Positions 1 to 8,142 of a stretch of DNA of 59,893 nt are shown in pieces (the first letter of the stretch is position 1; each line of letters begins with the position of its first letter). The notes below the pieces were generated by a model. The model was not told where the DNA came from. It did not search any database and saw only the letters and a list, made by a program, of their open reading frames with translations. Source of the stretch: a virus; the IMG/VR virus record IMGVR_UViG_3300010401_000008, positions 1-59,893 of that record; one strand, given 5' to 3'. The position numbers and the translations under genes are program-made.

Positions 1-123
1 AGTGGATTTACGCTCGGGGGCATGCATCAGCTCAGCGACGTCATTAAACACTTCGGCGGCATCTCCGGTCTGGCGGCGGCACTCGAGTGCACCACCCAGG
101 CAATCTCTCAGTGGGACGACGGA
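1..123. repeat. Terminal direct repeat copy 1, identical to 59771-59893 (circular-assembly overlap)
   Basis: agtggatttacgctcggggg...gtgggacgacgga occurs at both contig ends, 123/123 nt by eye. It contains operator OR1, the PR -10 and the 5' part of cro. Confidence 0.9.
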
Positions 124-249
124 TTGATCCCCGAAAACCGGGCGTTCCAGATCGAGGTTCTCAGCAAAGGGAAGTTCAAAGCTTCCAAGCTACCGATCAA
201 GAAGCGCGGGCAATCTGTTCCGAAGCGCGACTCAGCGCTCTCCGCCTAA
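22..249 (+). CDS. cro: Cro/YdaS-type small HTH regulator
   Basis: 75 aa. HTH segment GGISGLAAALECTTQAISQWD. Divergent from the XRE repressor across the operator region. The ATG lies 7 nt after a -10-like TACGCT, so the leader is very short or absent. Confidence 0.7.
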   Translation: MHQLSDVIKHFGGISGLAAALECTTQAISQWDDGLIPENRAFQIEVLSKGKFKASKLPIKKRGQSVPKRDSALSA

Positions 250-261
250 TTCGTTTTTCTT

Positions 262-423
262 ATGCGCACATTGCCAGAGAAAATCGCGCTGCAACCCGAG
301 ACTCGTCATAAGACGGCGAAGTCGCGCCTTCCGTTAAATCGTTTGCTCGAGGCGAAGGTTTTGAACGGCTCACGACGCGAGATGTTTGCGCGCTCGCTGT
401 TTCCGAAATCACGGTCGAATTGA
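262..423 (+). CDS. hypothetical small basic protein (53 aa)
   Basis: ATG ORF below the track cutoff (MRTLPEKIALQPETRHKTAKSRLPLNRLLEAK...). Its stop overlaps the TTG of the next ORF. No clear SD. Confidence 0.3.
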   Translation: MRTLPEKIALQPETRHKTAKSRLPLNRLLEAKVLNGSRREMFARSLFPKSRSN

Positions 424-605
424 CGATCGGCACTTCCATGATTTTCAGCCCGTCCATACCGCCCAAGGGCGTGACACCTGCACTCATTCGTGGGGCAGGC
501 GGGCTGATCTCTTTCAAACGCACACCTCAAGAGTCCCGCGCAAGCGTCCCGGTCGGGGTGTGTGAATTCCAAGGCAGTACGACAGCACTGGGCCATTCTC
601 AATGA
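420..605 (+). CDS. hypothetical protein (61 aa, TTG start; ATG at 438 is an alternative)
   Basis: Its stop overlaps the ATG of the HNH gene (ATGA at 602-605), so it fits a coupled ORF chain. No recognisable motif. Confidence 0.3.
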   Translation: MTIGTSMIFSPSIPPKGVTPALIRGAGGLISFKRTPQESRASVPVGVCEFQGSTTALGHSQ

Positions 606-1000
606 GAGTCTGTAAGCGTTGTCTGAAGACCTACAAGAAGTCCGGTGAAGGCCAACTGGCACGTAAGCAAGGTAGTAATTGGGGCCGCGGAAAGTGGCCG
701 GCTTGGGTTTACCACAACGAGCCAACCGTGAAATGCCGAAACTGTCATGTGCAGTCGCTCGCCGATTCAGCAGCGCGACGTGCAGGCCTGCGACAGGCGA
801 CTCCGCGATGGAGCGATAGATCAGCGATCCGTTCGATCTATCACCAATGCGTAGAGAAGACGGTAGTTACGGGCATACGCCACGAAGTCGATCACATCGT
901 TCCGTTGAACGGAGTTCGCGTTAGCGGACTTCATGTGCCGTGGAATCTGCAGGTTATCCCAGCGGCACAGAACAGACTGAAGAGCAATAGCCATATATAG
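602..1000 (+). CDS. HNH endonuclease with N-terminal zinc ribbon
   Basis: CKRC...CRNC, then HEVDHIVPLNG...HVPWNLQVIPAAQNRLKSN, a classical H-N-H core. Confidence 0.8.
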   Translation: MRVCKRCLKTYKKSGEGQLARKQGSNWGRGKWPAWVYHNEPTVKCRNCHVQSLADSAARRAGLRQATPRWSDRSAIRSIYHQCVEKTVVTGIRHEVDHIVPLNGVRVSGLHVPWNLQVIPAAQNRLKSNSHI

Positions 1001-1080
1001 ATTTATGTCCCTTGGCATGGACTGAATCTGCCACGTGTCAGGCCGGTGCAAGTTCGGTGACTCGAAGCCCTTTGATCGCT

Positions 1081-1103
1081 GCCCTCACTTAACTGCTGAG
1101 GGC
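1081..1103 (+). other. 7-bp stem-loop in a 285-nt non-coding gap
   Basis: gccctca-cttaactgc-tgagggc. No U-tract follows. Confidence 0.25.
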
Positions 1104-1285
1104 GCGCGGCGATCACCAGGATGACGAGTCGGGTTGAACTGGAGCCGCACGCAAAAGAAGGCTCTGGGCTGGAATGTGAGAGATGGCTCCATACGGCGAT
1201 CTGAAAATACGACGCCCTCAGAAATGGGGGTTAGGGGGGCTCTTGCTCCTGATTCACCACCAACGAAAGCCTTAGGAGGTAAGTA

Positions 1286-1570
1286 GTGAGTCAGTGCCGG
1301 AAGTGTGGAGGTGAACTCGGGTGGAAGCGCCAGGCATTCAGCGGAGTGCTGAAGTGGGTGCCGACGAACCCGGATGGCAGTGATCACTGGGACTTATGCC
1401 GCGAGCGTCAAAACCAGCAGATGACTACGGCTCAACGTCAGAGACAGCGAATGCGTGATGCGAAAGCATGTCCCCCGTTTTGGACGATTCCAGACGGGGA
1501 GGGGAGTTTCATAACCGTACGAACGATGCCCGCTGGTTTTGGAGTGCAGCCGGGAGGGGAGTTGTTCTGA
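1286..1570 (+). CDS. hypothetical protein with N-terminal CxxC
   Basis: GTG start 8 nt after AGGAGG. 94 aa (MSQCRKCGGELGWKRQ...). Confidence 0.6.
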   Translation: MSQCRKCGGELGWKRQAFSGVLKWVPTNPDGSDHWDLCRERQNQQMTTAQRQRQRMRDAKACPPFWTIPDGEGSFITVRTMPAGFGVQPGGELF

Positions 1571-1778
1571 TGGCTTCGTCGTCTTCCAGCTCCAGAACAG
1601 AGAGCAGGCCGCACGGGATCTGGACGCCAGAGTTGATCACTCGCGCTGGGTCTGAAAGCAGCAGCTGAAGAAGGGCGTTCATGGGCGTGGTTAACATCGC
1701 AAGTATTGTGCCATAGATGACTCAATCCGCGTACAAGCCGATGCACAAGGCAGAAAAGTACGTCTCTCAGGAGGATAT

Positions 1779-2210
1779 GTGGTCTTCAAAATAACCGAGC
1801 ACCCGTCAACACGGTTCTGGAGGCTGGTCAAAAGGTCGGATGGATGCTGGCTCTGGATTGGTACCAAGGCCCCCAATGGGTACGGATCATTCTCACTCCA
1901 TGGCGGCAAGGTTCTAGCCCATCGTTTTAGCTATATGCAGGCCTTTGGCGCCATCAGCGAGAACATGCAGGTATGCCACCGCTGCGATATCCGTGATTGC
2001 GTCAGACCCGATCATCTATTCCTTGGAACCCAATCGGACAACATGCGGGATGCTTCCGCCAAGAAGCGTATGGCCAATCAGAAGCGTGATACGTGCGCGC
2101 GGGGGCATGCCTACACCGTTGCGAATCTCTACATGTATGGCAGCAGTCGTATGTGTCGTCGCTGCCATGCGGATCGTGAGCACAGGTATCGCGCAGAGAG
2201 GGTGTCGTGA
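1779..2210 (+). CDS. HNH_3-type homing endonuclease
   Basis: GCWLWIG..GYG..AHR..VCHRCDIRDCVRPDHLFLGT..DN motifs. C-terminal TCARGH...CRRCH shared with 13947-14474 and 27619-28230. GGAGGA SD, GTG start. Confidence 0.8.
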   Translation: MVFKITEHPSTRFWRLVKRSDGCWLWIGTKAPNGYGSFSLHGGKVLAHRFSYMQAFGAISENMQVCHRCDIRDCVRPDHLFLGTQSDNMRDASAKKRMANQKRDTCARGHAYTVANLYMYGSSRMCRRCHADREHRYRAERVS

Positions 2211-2561
2211 ATGGCTCAAGCCCCATATCAGCCGATGCGCAAACCGCAGAAAGACGTGAGCCAACAGCGGATGTTCGACATCCTCGCAAAACACTCTCCA
2301 ATCCCAGTCAAAACGCCTCAAGTAGGGGAGACGCCGAAGGCGGAACTCCCGCCTCTGGAGTGGCAGACGCCAGTCAGGACTGGAGAACTCGCTGGCTACG
2401 TGCTGAGCGCGGATGGGGGTTTTTCTGTGGACAAAAGCCCGGTCAAGGGCGTGCCGATGTACAGCGCGTGGAAACGAAAGCAGCCCGCGCACGAATCGAT
2501 TCCGCTGGGTGTACGACTGAGCCTCGCTGAGGCCCAGCATCTGTGCGAGCTGGCGCGATGA
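2211..2561 (+). CDS. hypothetical protein (116 aa)
   Basis: ATG directly follows the upstream TGA. Its stop overlaps the next start (ATGA). Confidence 0.55.
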   Translation: MAQAPYQPMRKPQKDVSQQRMFDILAKHSPIPVKTPQVGETPKAELPPLEWQTPVRTGELAGYVLSADGGFSVDKSPVKGVPMYSAWKRKQPAHESIPLGVRLSLAEAQHLCELAR

Positions 2562-2860
2562 GCATGCCGCGCTACGCCGGCAAGCGCGATGCAAATGAGT
2601 CTGACCTCGTTACGATCGCTAGCCAGCTCGGTGTTCAATTTGAGCAGATAGGGCCTTTGGATTTCTGGTGCGGCTGGCGTGGGCGCTGGGTGCCGCTTGA
2701 GATCAAGAACGATTCAAAGATCACTCATCGCGTCTCGAAGCCCTATACCGACAAACAGGTGCTATTTCTCGCCAGATGCAAGGAGCGCCAGCTTCCGGTC
2801 TGGATCTGGCGTACCGAAAACGATGTCTACCGCGACCTCGGGGCGGTACGCACTGCATGA
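2558..2860 (+). CDS. VRR-NUC / PD-(D/E)xK-like nuclease
   Basis: GPLDFW...WVPLEIKN...TDKQVLFL...LPVWIW fits the D...E-x-K nuclease pattern. ATGA overlaps at both ends. Confidence 0.45.
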   Translation: MSMPRYAGKRDANESDLVTIASQLGVQFEQIGPLDFWCGWRGRWVPLEIKNDSKITHRVSKPYTDKQVLFLARCKERQLPVWIWRTENDVYRDLGAVRTA

Positions 2861-3360
2861 GCGCAATACGCAAGATCACGCCTGAAATAGAAGCGTTGTT
2901 GTACGAGGTTGCCTGGAAGAGGGCGCTCACGCCCACCTACGAGGAACTCTCGATTGAGACTGGCATGGCTGTGAGCTACTTACGCCAAGTCATAAGCGAG
3001 AAGGTGCGTGCGCTCTCGAAATCTGAAGAGTTCACCAAGGTCAAGAAGACTCACGGTTATGCCGCCGCAATTACCGTGGGGCATCGCAGGCCGAGGGTGT
3101 ACCAGATTTGGATTGCGATGCGGGCTCGCTGTGAAAATAAGAAAAATACAAGCTATCGAAACTATGGCGGGCGAGGAATCAGCGTATGCGATCGCTGGCA
3201 ATCGTTCGAGAATTTTCTTGCTGACATGGGCGAGCCGCCAGTCGCTACCTCGATAGATCGACTCGATAACTATGGAAACTACGAACCGGGAAATTGCCGC
3301 TGGGCAACGGCATCTGAGCAGGCCAGGAATCGCCGTTCCAAGAAAGAATTGCAGCGATGA
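2857..3360 (+). CDS. His-Me-finger/HNH-like DNA-binding protein (YGGRGI family)
   Basis: YRNYGGRGISVCDRW...SIDRLDNYGNYEPGNCRWAT..EQ..N, a motif set common in phage HNH-like proteins. Confidence 0.5.
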   Translation: MSAIRKITPEIEALLYEVAWKRALTPTYEELSIETGMAVSYLRQVISEKVRALSKSEEFTKVKKTHGYAAAITVGHRRPRVYQIWIAMRARCENKKNTSYRNYGGRGISVCDRWQSFENFLADMGEPPVATSIDRLDNYGNYEPGNCRWATASEQARNRRSKKELQR

Positions 3361-3446
3361 CGAACCAAAGTTCTGTTTCACGTGGCGCATGATTGCGTGA
3401 TGACGTCCGGCCTCGGTCGTCTCGCCTGCAATCGTGGGGACCGGCA

Positions 3447-4022
3447 GTGATCGACGCGATTCACGAGATGTGTCAGATATGGGGCGCGCAGGAGTTGCAC
3501 AAGCGCTCGGACACGAACCAGGGGCATCCCGGCCGCTCGTCGATTGCGCGCGCCAGGGAAAGTCAGTTCGATCCGACAAAGCCCACGCCTATCCTGCGCC
3601 AGAAGAAGCGCACCGCATTCGGGCGAGACACATTCTTCCCGCGCCCTGTCCAGTTCACGGAAGAGGGGCATGTCGGAGATGGTCTGACGGTTGCGCACGC
3701 GCTGATTGGGGCTCCTGAAGCCTTGCAGTCAATCGCTTTTGCTCATTACGCCGTGATCGGATTCAACGCAAAGGAGAAGGCGGCGCGTCTTGGAATTACT
3801 CCACCTGACTACTGGCGCTTCATCGATCGGCTTCATTACTGGATTGCCGCACGCATATGGTCACCTGCTGTTTCGCTGTTGGACTCCACAACTGATTGTC
3901 AGCCAAGAGGAAAGATGTTGCATGTTGTGGTGAAACCCGCTAAAAATTCCTGTCAAGTCATACGCTCCCCAGAACTGTCTTTCGACGCGCTCAATCGTCA
4001 GAAGCTTTCACTGAAAGCCTGA
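3447..4022 (+). CDS. putative late-gene regulator, antiterminator Q-like
   Basis: The N-terminus VIDAIHEMCQIWGAQE resembles the MRDIQMVLERWGAW start of Q82-type Q proteins as I recall them. A C-terminal HTH-like segment reads YAVIGFNAKEKAARLGITPPDYWRFIDRLHYWIAARI. The start is uncertain: the ORF opens at TTG 3393, with GTG 3447 and ATG 3468 in frame. Confidence 0.45.
   Translation: MIDAIHEMCQIWGAQELHKRSDTNQGHPGRSSIARARESQFDPTKPTPILRQKKRTAFGRDTFFPRPVQFTEEGHVGDGLTVAHALIGAPEALQSIAFAHYAVIGFNAKEKAARLGITPPDYWRFIDRLHYWIAARIWSPAVSLLDSTTDCQPRGKMLHVVVKPAKNSCQVIRSPELSFDALNRQKLSLKA
3918..3966 (+). promoter_or_regulatory. candidate late promoter with a downstream -10-like element
   Basis: TTGCAT-17 nt-TAAAAA in an AT-rich patch. 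TACGCT, the -10 hexamer of PR and PL, follows 14 nt later as a possible sigma-dependent pause element. It sits inside the poorly conserved 3' end of the Q-like ORF. Confidence 0.25.
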
Positions 4023-4041
4023 TCCCCGAATTGCCCATGAA

Positions 4042-4073
4042 AAGCCCGCCGTCGTGCGGGCTTCGTCATTTCT
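4042..4073 (+). terminator. stem-loop terminator between the Q-like gene and the late operon
   Basis: aagcccgc-cgtcgt-gcgggctt (8-bp GC stem) followed by cgtcatttct. Confidence 0.45.
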
Positions 4074-4082
4074 GGAGTTCCC

Positions 4083-4946
4083 TTGCGCTACCTCCTGCTC
4101 GCGCTGCTCTTTGCCGTGCCTGTCGTTCACGCGCAGGTCGTCACCTGTTCCGATGCCGTGACGGGCCAGCCGTACACCGCGTGCACGCATCTTGGAAACT
4201 CCACGACAGTTCCGCCGCCCGGGCTCGTTCTGTTCTGCAGTGGCGCGGTGGGTGGTGCGGCCACGCCTGGCACGACACTGGCGGGTTGCGCGATACAGCA
4301 GTGGCAGCCCACGAGCTACATGCAATCGTACTCGTGGACGTGGACGCTGCAGGGCTGGCAGCGCTACGGCTCGATGGTGTTCACGACCGCTCCTGCTCCG
4401 GTTCCGACGCCTACGTGGACGGGTGTTTCGACCCTCAACTGGGTGCCCCCAACCCAGTACATTGACGGGAGTGCGCTTGTGGATCTCGCCGGCTATCGCA
4501 TTCGTTACGGCACCTCGCCCACGGCTCTCACGCAGATGATTCAGGTCGCTGGCGCGGGCGTCACGAGTTACGTGGTTCCAAATCTCGCTGCAGGCACGTG
4601 GTATTTCACGGTGAGCTCGTACACGAACGCCGGTGTCGAAAGCGATCCATCGAATGTCGCCAGCGTGACGCTGACGGCTCCAGCGCCGACACCGGTGGTG
4701 ACATGGGCGGTCGCTGCGAACGGCACACAGGCCACGAGGCCGGTCTATGAGGCTGTTTTGGACGCGGCCGGCACCGCCACAGTCCGGGGCAACGTCGAAG
4801 GCACCGTGAAGATCGGGGCGCCTTGTCTCGCCGAGGCCTTCAAGATCAGCACGAACAGCTACCGCGAGATTGCCGAATCGGATGTGACGCTCGCAAGTCC
4901 CACTTACCGTGGCCGACGGCACACCGCCCTCTGCTCACAGAAGTGA
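4083..4946 (+). CDS. secreted FN3-domain protein
   Basis: Sec-type signal peptide MRYLLLALLFAVPVVHA|Q. FN3-like NWVPPTQYIDGSALVDLAGYRIRYG...GTWYFTVSSYTNAGVES. TTG start after GGAG. Confidence 0.65.
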   Translation: MRYLLLALLFAVPVVHAQVVTCSDAVTGQPYTACTHLGNSTTVPPPGLVLFCSGAVGGAATPGTTLAGCAIQQWQPTSYMQSYSWTWTLQGWQRYGSMVFTTAPAPVPTPTWTGVSTLNWVPPTQYIDGSALVDLAGYRIRYGTSPTALTQMIQVAGAGVTSYVVPNLAAGTWYFTVSSYTNAGVESDPSNVASVTLTAPAPTPVVTWAVAANGTQATRPVYEAVLDAAGTATVRGNVEGTVKIGAPCLAEAFKISTNSYREIAESDVTLASPTYRGRRHTALCSQK

Positions 4947-5104
4947 GGGCTGGTATGGCGAGATTGTCTGCGGCTGTGGACGCTCTAAAGCGCGTGATGT
5001 CCTGATGTGCGATGGGTGCTGCGAGGCCGGAGTGCAACTGACGCATCCGGCCCGGGCATACCTGTACCTGTCGTTCTGGTTCGGCGAGTTCAAGTGCTGA
5101 GCGC

Positions 5105-7315
5105 ATGACCGCTCTGGCCCGGCGCAATCTGATCTGCATTCCCAGTCCGGACGGTTCACTGGACCTGCATTATCCCGCCGGGGACAAGCCACCGTATTTT
5201 ACCCTCAGCTGGGATAATTCGGGGCTGCAGACCTTCGCAGCACTGGTGGCCGATCGCACCGTCGGGACGAGTTTCTCCAGCAACGTCAGACAGTATCTGG
5301 CGGGCACCAATGCGGCTACCGCCACCCTGAGTGTCGTGACCGTCTCGGGCACGGATGCCATCGCCAATGGGTGGGGCGTCTCCGGCAGTAACGTCACGAA
5401 TCCCGGCACCAATGCGGGCAGTGGCAGCTTCAAGCTGGGTGCCAACGATGGCACCGGGTTTGTGTACAGCAATCCCATCTCGTGGCGCTGGACCGCGGCG
5501 GTCAGTGATGTGCTGGCGCCATGCGTGCCCACCGGTGGCGCAGTCGTTGCAGGCCCCGGAACACTGACGTTCAGCTGCGATGTTCCGGGTGATGCCAACA
5601 GTGGAACGAATGCAGGCGCGATGGCGGCCGTGCAATTGCGGATCGCAGGATCTACGGTTGAGGAAAAAACAGTCCCCGCCGGGCTCTCCCCGACCTGGAC
5701 GTTGATCAACTTCGGCGCTTCCACGCCTGTACCCAGTCTGGTACAGGGCAGTGGCGCCAATGGCAATACGTGGACCCTCTCCGGAGGGGGAGCAGGGATA
5801 CACGGAACGACTGAATCTTTCCCCTTTCGATATGCGCAGGTTTCGGGCAACCCCAAGCTGAGCTGCAAACTCTCAAGTTTCACGTCCGCCGCGGATGCGT
5901 TCAGCTCTTGCGGTCTGATGATCCGCGAGAACATCACAGGGCTCGACCGGTTTGTTGCGTTCTACGGTCAGCAATCCGATGGCTCGATTCAAGTCAAGAT
6001 GCGCGGCACTCAGGGAGGCAGCGCCACCAATCAGCTGACCTCGGCGAGCGGCCTGGCGCTGCCGCGCTGGTTGCAGATGGAGAGAACAGGGTCCTCGATT
6101 ATCTCGAGATCCAGTACCGATGGGGAGACCTGGACAGATTTCCTGACGAGTTCCTTTGCGCTGGGTGCGACGGCCTTCATCGGCTTTTTCATCAGCTCGC
6201 GCGTCAATGGCGTTGCGGTCTCGGCAACCCTCGATCAGATCTGGGTGAGCAATCAGGGACGGATGACGTTCACCGCGGTGAACAGCTCGAGCGCAAAGAC
6301 GGGGAAATTCCGCGCGCGGGATGTCGCGAACAACCTGTCGGCAGAGTCTGCCGGGGTTATAGGTACGCCGCTCGTCACGGCCTACAAGAAATGGAATCCC
6401 GGCCATGGCATCCGGACCAATCAGGCGGTAGTCGCTTCGAGCAACTACAGCGCGCTTGCGAATGACAATGAATTTGTCTACTGCGACTGTGAAGTCCGCT
6501 GGGTACAGGTGGCGCCGACCCTGAATGCCCGGGATTACAGTCTGTTCGACAATCATGTGGCGGCGTGCGTGGCACGCGGCAAGAAAGCAATCCTTCAGTG
6601 GTCATACAAGATTTTCAACACCAGCAATCCTGCATTGCTGATGCCGAGCGACTTTCAGCATTACTCGACGGCGAGCAATGGCTTCATCGCGAACGTCTGG
6701 GATACGAACATCGATGTGATGGGAGAGTACATCAAGCTTTCTCTGGATATTATCGCTCGATACGACAGCAATCCGAACGTGGAGATGTTCATCTTCCCGG
6801 AGAGCTCCACCGGTCTGCCGACACCGCTCCCCGCGGGTTTCACCCGTTCAGGCTACGCGACGCAGCTCAAGCGCATGTATGCCGCGCTGGCTCCTGCGGC
6901 CGCCTATACCATCGTTTGTGGACAGGTGAACTTCACCACGGGGGAAATCGCAGGATTGATCAAATCGCTGTATCAGAATGGATGCGCGATGGGCGATCCG
7001 GATGCGTACTCCACGACGGCCAACACGATCTTCAACGGTGGAGCAACCGATGATGGCACGGCCGCATTTGACTACCGCGGCAAGATGCCGCGCATGATGA
7101 TGGCCTCAACCGCCGCTCTGGGCGGGGCGCACGATAACGGACCGCCGTCGAACCTCGTCAACTTCATGCAGGCCGGAGGCGTGACTCACGGTTTGTGGGT
7201 GCTGGGACGCCCCGCGCCCAATGACACGACCAGCATTCGTGCGGCCATCAATGCAGATCCTGCGCTGTTGAGTGCATGTCCGACGAACTATAACGGCACC
7301 TGTCGGGCCGGCTGA
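5105..7315 (+). CDS. putative polysaccharide depolymerase (lectin-like plus glycoside-hydrolase-like domains)
   Basis: 736 aa. A central ConA/LamG-like segment (CGLMIRENITG...WLQMERTGSSIISRSSTDGETW). The C-terminal ~330 aa resemble TIM-barrel glycosidases (KKAILQW...NVEMFIFPESS). Confidence 0.5.
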   Translation: MTALARRNLICIPSPDGSLDLHYPAGDKPPYFTLSWDNSGLQTFAALVADRTVGTSFSSNVRQYLAGTNAATATLSVVTVSGTDAIANGWGVSGSNVTNPGTNAGSGSFKLGANDGTGFVYSNPISWRWTAAVSDVLAPCVPTGGAVVAGPGTLTFSCDVPGDANSGTNAGAMAAVQLRIAGSTVEEKTVPAGLSPTWTLINFGASTPVPSLVQGSGANGNTWTLSGGGAGIHGTTESFPFRYAQVSGNPKLSCKLSSFTSAADAFSSCGLMIRENITGLDRFVAFYGQQSDGSIQVKMRGTQGGSATNQLTSASGLALPRWLQMERTGSSIISRSSTDGETWTDFLTSSFALGATAFIGFFISSRVNGVAVSATLDQIWVSNQGRMTFTAVNSSSAKTGKFRARDVANNLSAESAGVIGTPLVTAYKKWNPGHGIRTNQAVVASSNYSALANDNEFVYCDCEVRWVQVAPTLNARDYSLFDNHVAACVARGKKAILQWSYKIFNTSNPALLMPSDFQHYSTASNGFIANVWDTNIDVMGEYIKLSLDIIARYDSNPNVEMFIFPESSTGLPTPLPAGFTRSGYATQLKRMYAALAPAAAYTIVCGQVNFTTGEIAGLIKSLYQNGCAMGDPDAYSTTANTIFNGGATDDGTAAFDYRGKMPRMMMASTAALGGAHDNGPPSNLVNFMQAGGVTHGLWVLGRPAPNDTTSIRAAINADPALLSACPTNYNGTCRAG

Positions 7316-8142
7316 TGGTTCAGACTGTTCTGACTCAACCCGGAGGAGGATGGGACCCCTTCTCTCTGGCCTATGGCCAGACTCCGCCGGTGGTGACCGG
7401 CGATATTCTGATCACCCCTGCAACCAGTTCGCCGGGAGGGTATGCCGTAACGCCCACGGCAGACGGGATTGTCTCGGTCGCTGCGAACGGAGATCGATCG
7501 CGTCAGGTTCTGGCGAGTGTTGATATTTTCGATACGTCGCTGAATGCGTTGTACGGCGCCGCCGACATTGCGATCAACGATCAGGCTCCGCTCACTCCGG
7601 AGCCGGGAACGACTTTCTTTTTTCCGCTTAATGTCGCGCTCACCCCGGTTGATCTGACCGGCTATACGCCAGACCCCGAACTGGATCCGGTCGTGGTGAC
7701 CGCCGTGAGTTCTCCGCCCACGGGTCTTGCTGTTGTGAACAGTGCATGGACCGGAACGCCGACCGTTCGGGGGATCACACTGGGCGTGACATTACGATCC
7801 ACCGATTTGTACAACAACGCGGTGGACTGGGCGGTAGATATCGTGGTGGGGCCGGTGAGCGTGCCACGACTGATTGCTTCCGGCGCGTTACCTGCGCTCG
7901 ATGAGGCCAGTGCGGTGGCAGCCCTCGCGGCGGCGTATCTGCTGGCCGATGTGGCCTACATCGTCAGTCAGGGCACACCGGGTATCGTGCTGCTGCAGAG
8001 TCTGCCTGCGGGCACGGATGTAGATCCGAAAACCGTGATCGGGCTCGTCATCTCGATGGCGCCGCCGATTGTGAAGCCCCGGAATCTGACAGGTCAGGCG
8101 CTGAATTCCTCGACCGTTCGGCTGACCTGGCTGCCGCCATGA
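7315..8142 (+). CDS. Ig/PASTA-like domain protein ending in the first strands of an FN3 domain
   Basis: PASTA-like LDEASAVAALAAAYLLADVAYIVSQGTPGIVLLQSLPAGTDVDPKTVIGLVIS. The C-terminus PRNLTGQALNSSTVRLTWLPP is an FN3 start truncated by TGA. Confidence 0.6.
   Translation: MVQTVLTQPGGGWDPFSLAYGQTPPVVTGDILITPATSSPGGYAVTPTADGIVSVAANGDRSRQVLASVDIFDTSLNALYGAADIAINDQAPLTPEPGTTFFFPLNVALTPVDLTGYTPDPELDPVVVTAVSSPPTGLAVVNSAWTGTPTVRGITLGVTLRSTDLYNNAVDWAVDIVVGPVSVPRLIASGALPALDEASAVAALAAAYLLADVAYIVSQGTPGIVLLQSLPAGTDVDPKTVIGLVISMAPPIVKPRNLTGQALNSSTVRLTWLPP

Noticed and set aside
1509-1697. A 62-aa minus-strand ORF in the gap after 1286-1570.
   Set aside because: It overlaps the 3' end of the plus-strand gene, and has no RBS or recognisable motif. 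The evidence is insufficient.
4955-5100. Two coupled mini-ORFs in the 158-nt gap before 5105: a 16-aa ORF and a Cys-rich 31-aa ORF (MCDGCCEAGVQLTHPARAYLYLSFWFGEFKC).
   Set aside because: They are too short to support without an RBS, conservation or expression data. They are noted only as a possibility.
8124-8142. Canonical -1 programmed ribosomal frameshifting at the FN3 split and at the xis/int junction (45630-45650).
   Set aside because: Neither site has an X_XXY_YYZ slippery heptamer or an obvious downstream structure. The split is reported as an observation only.
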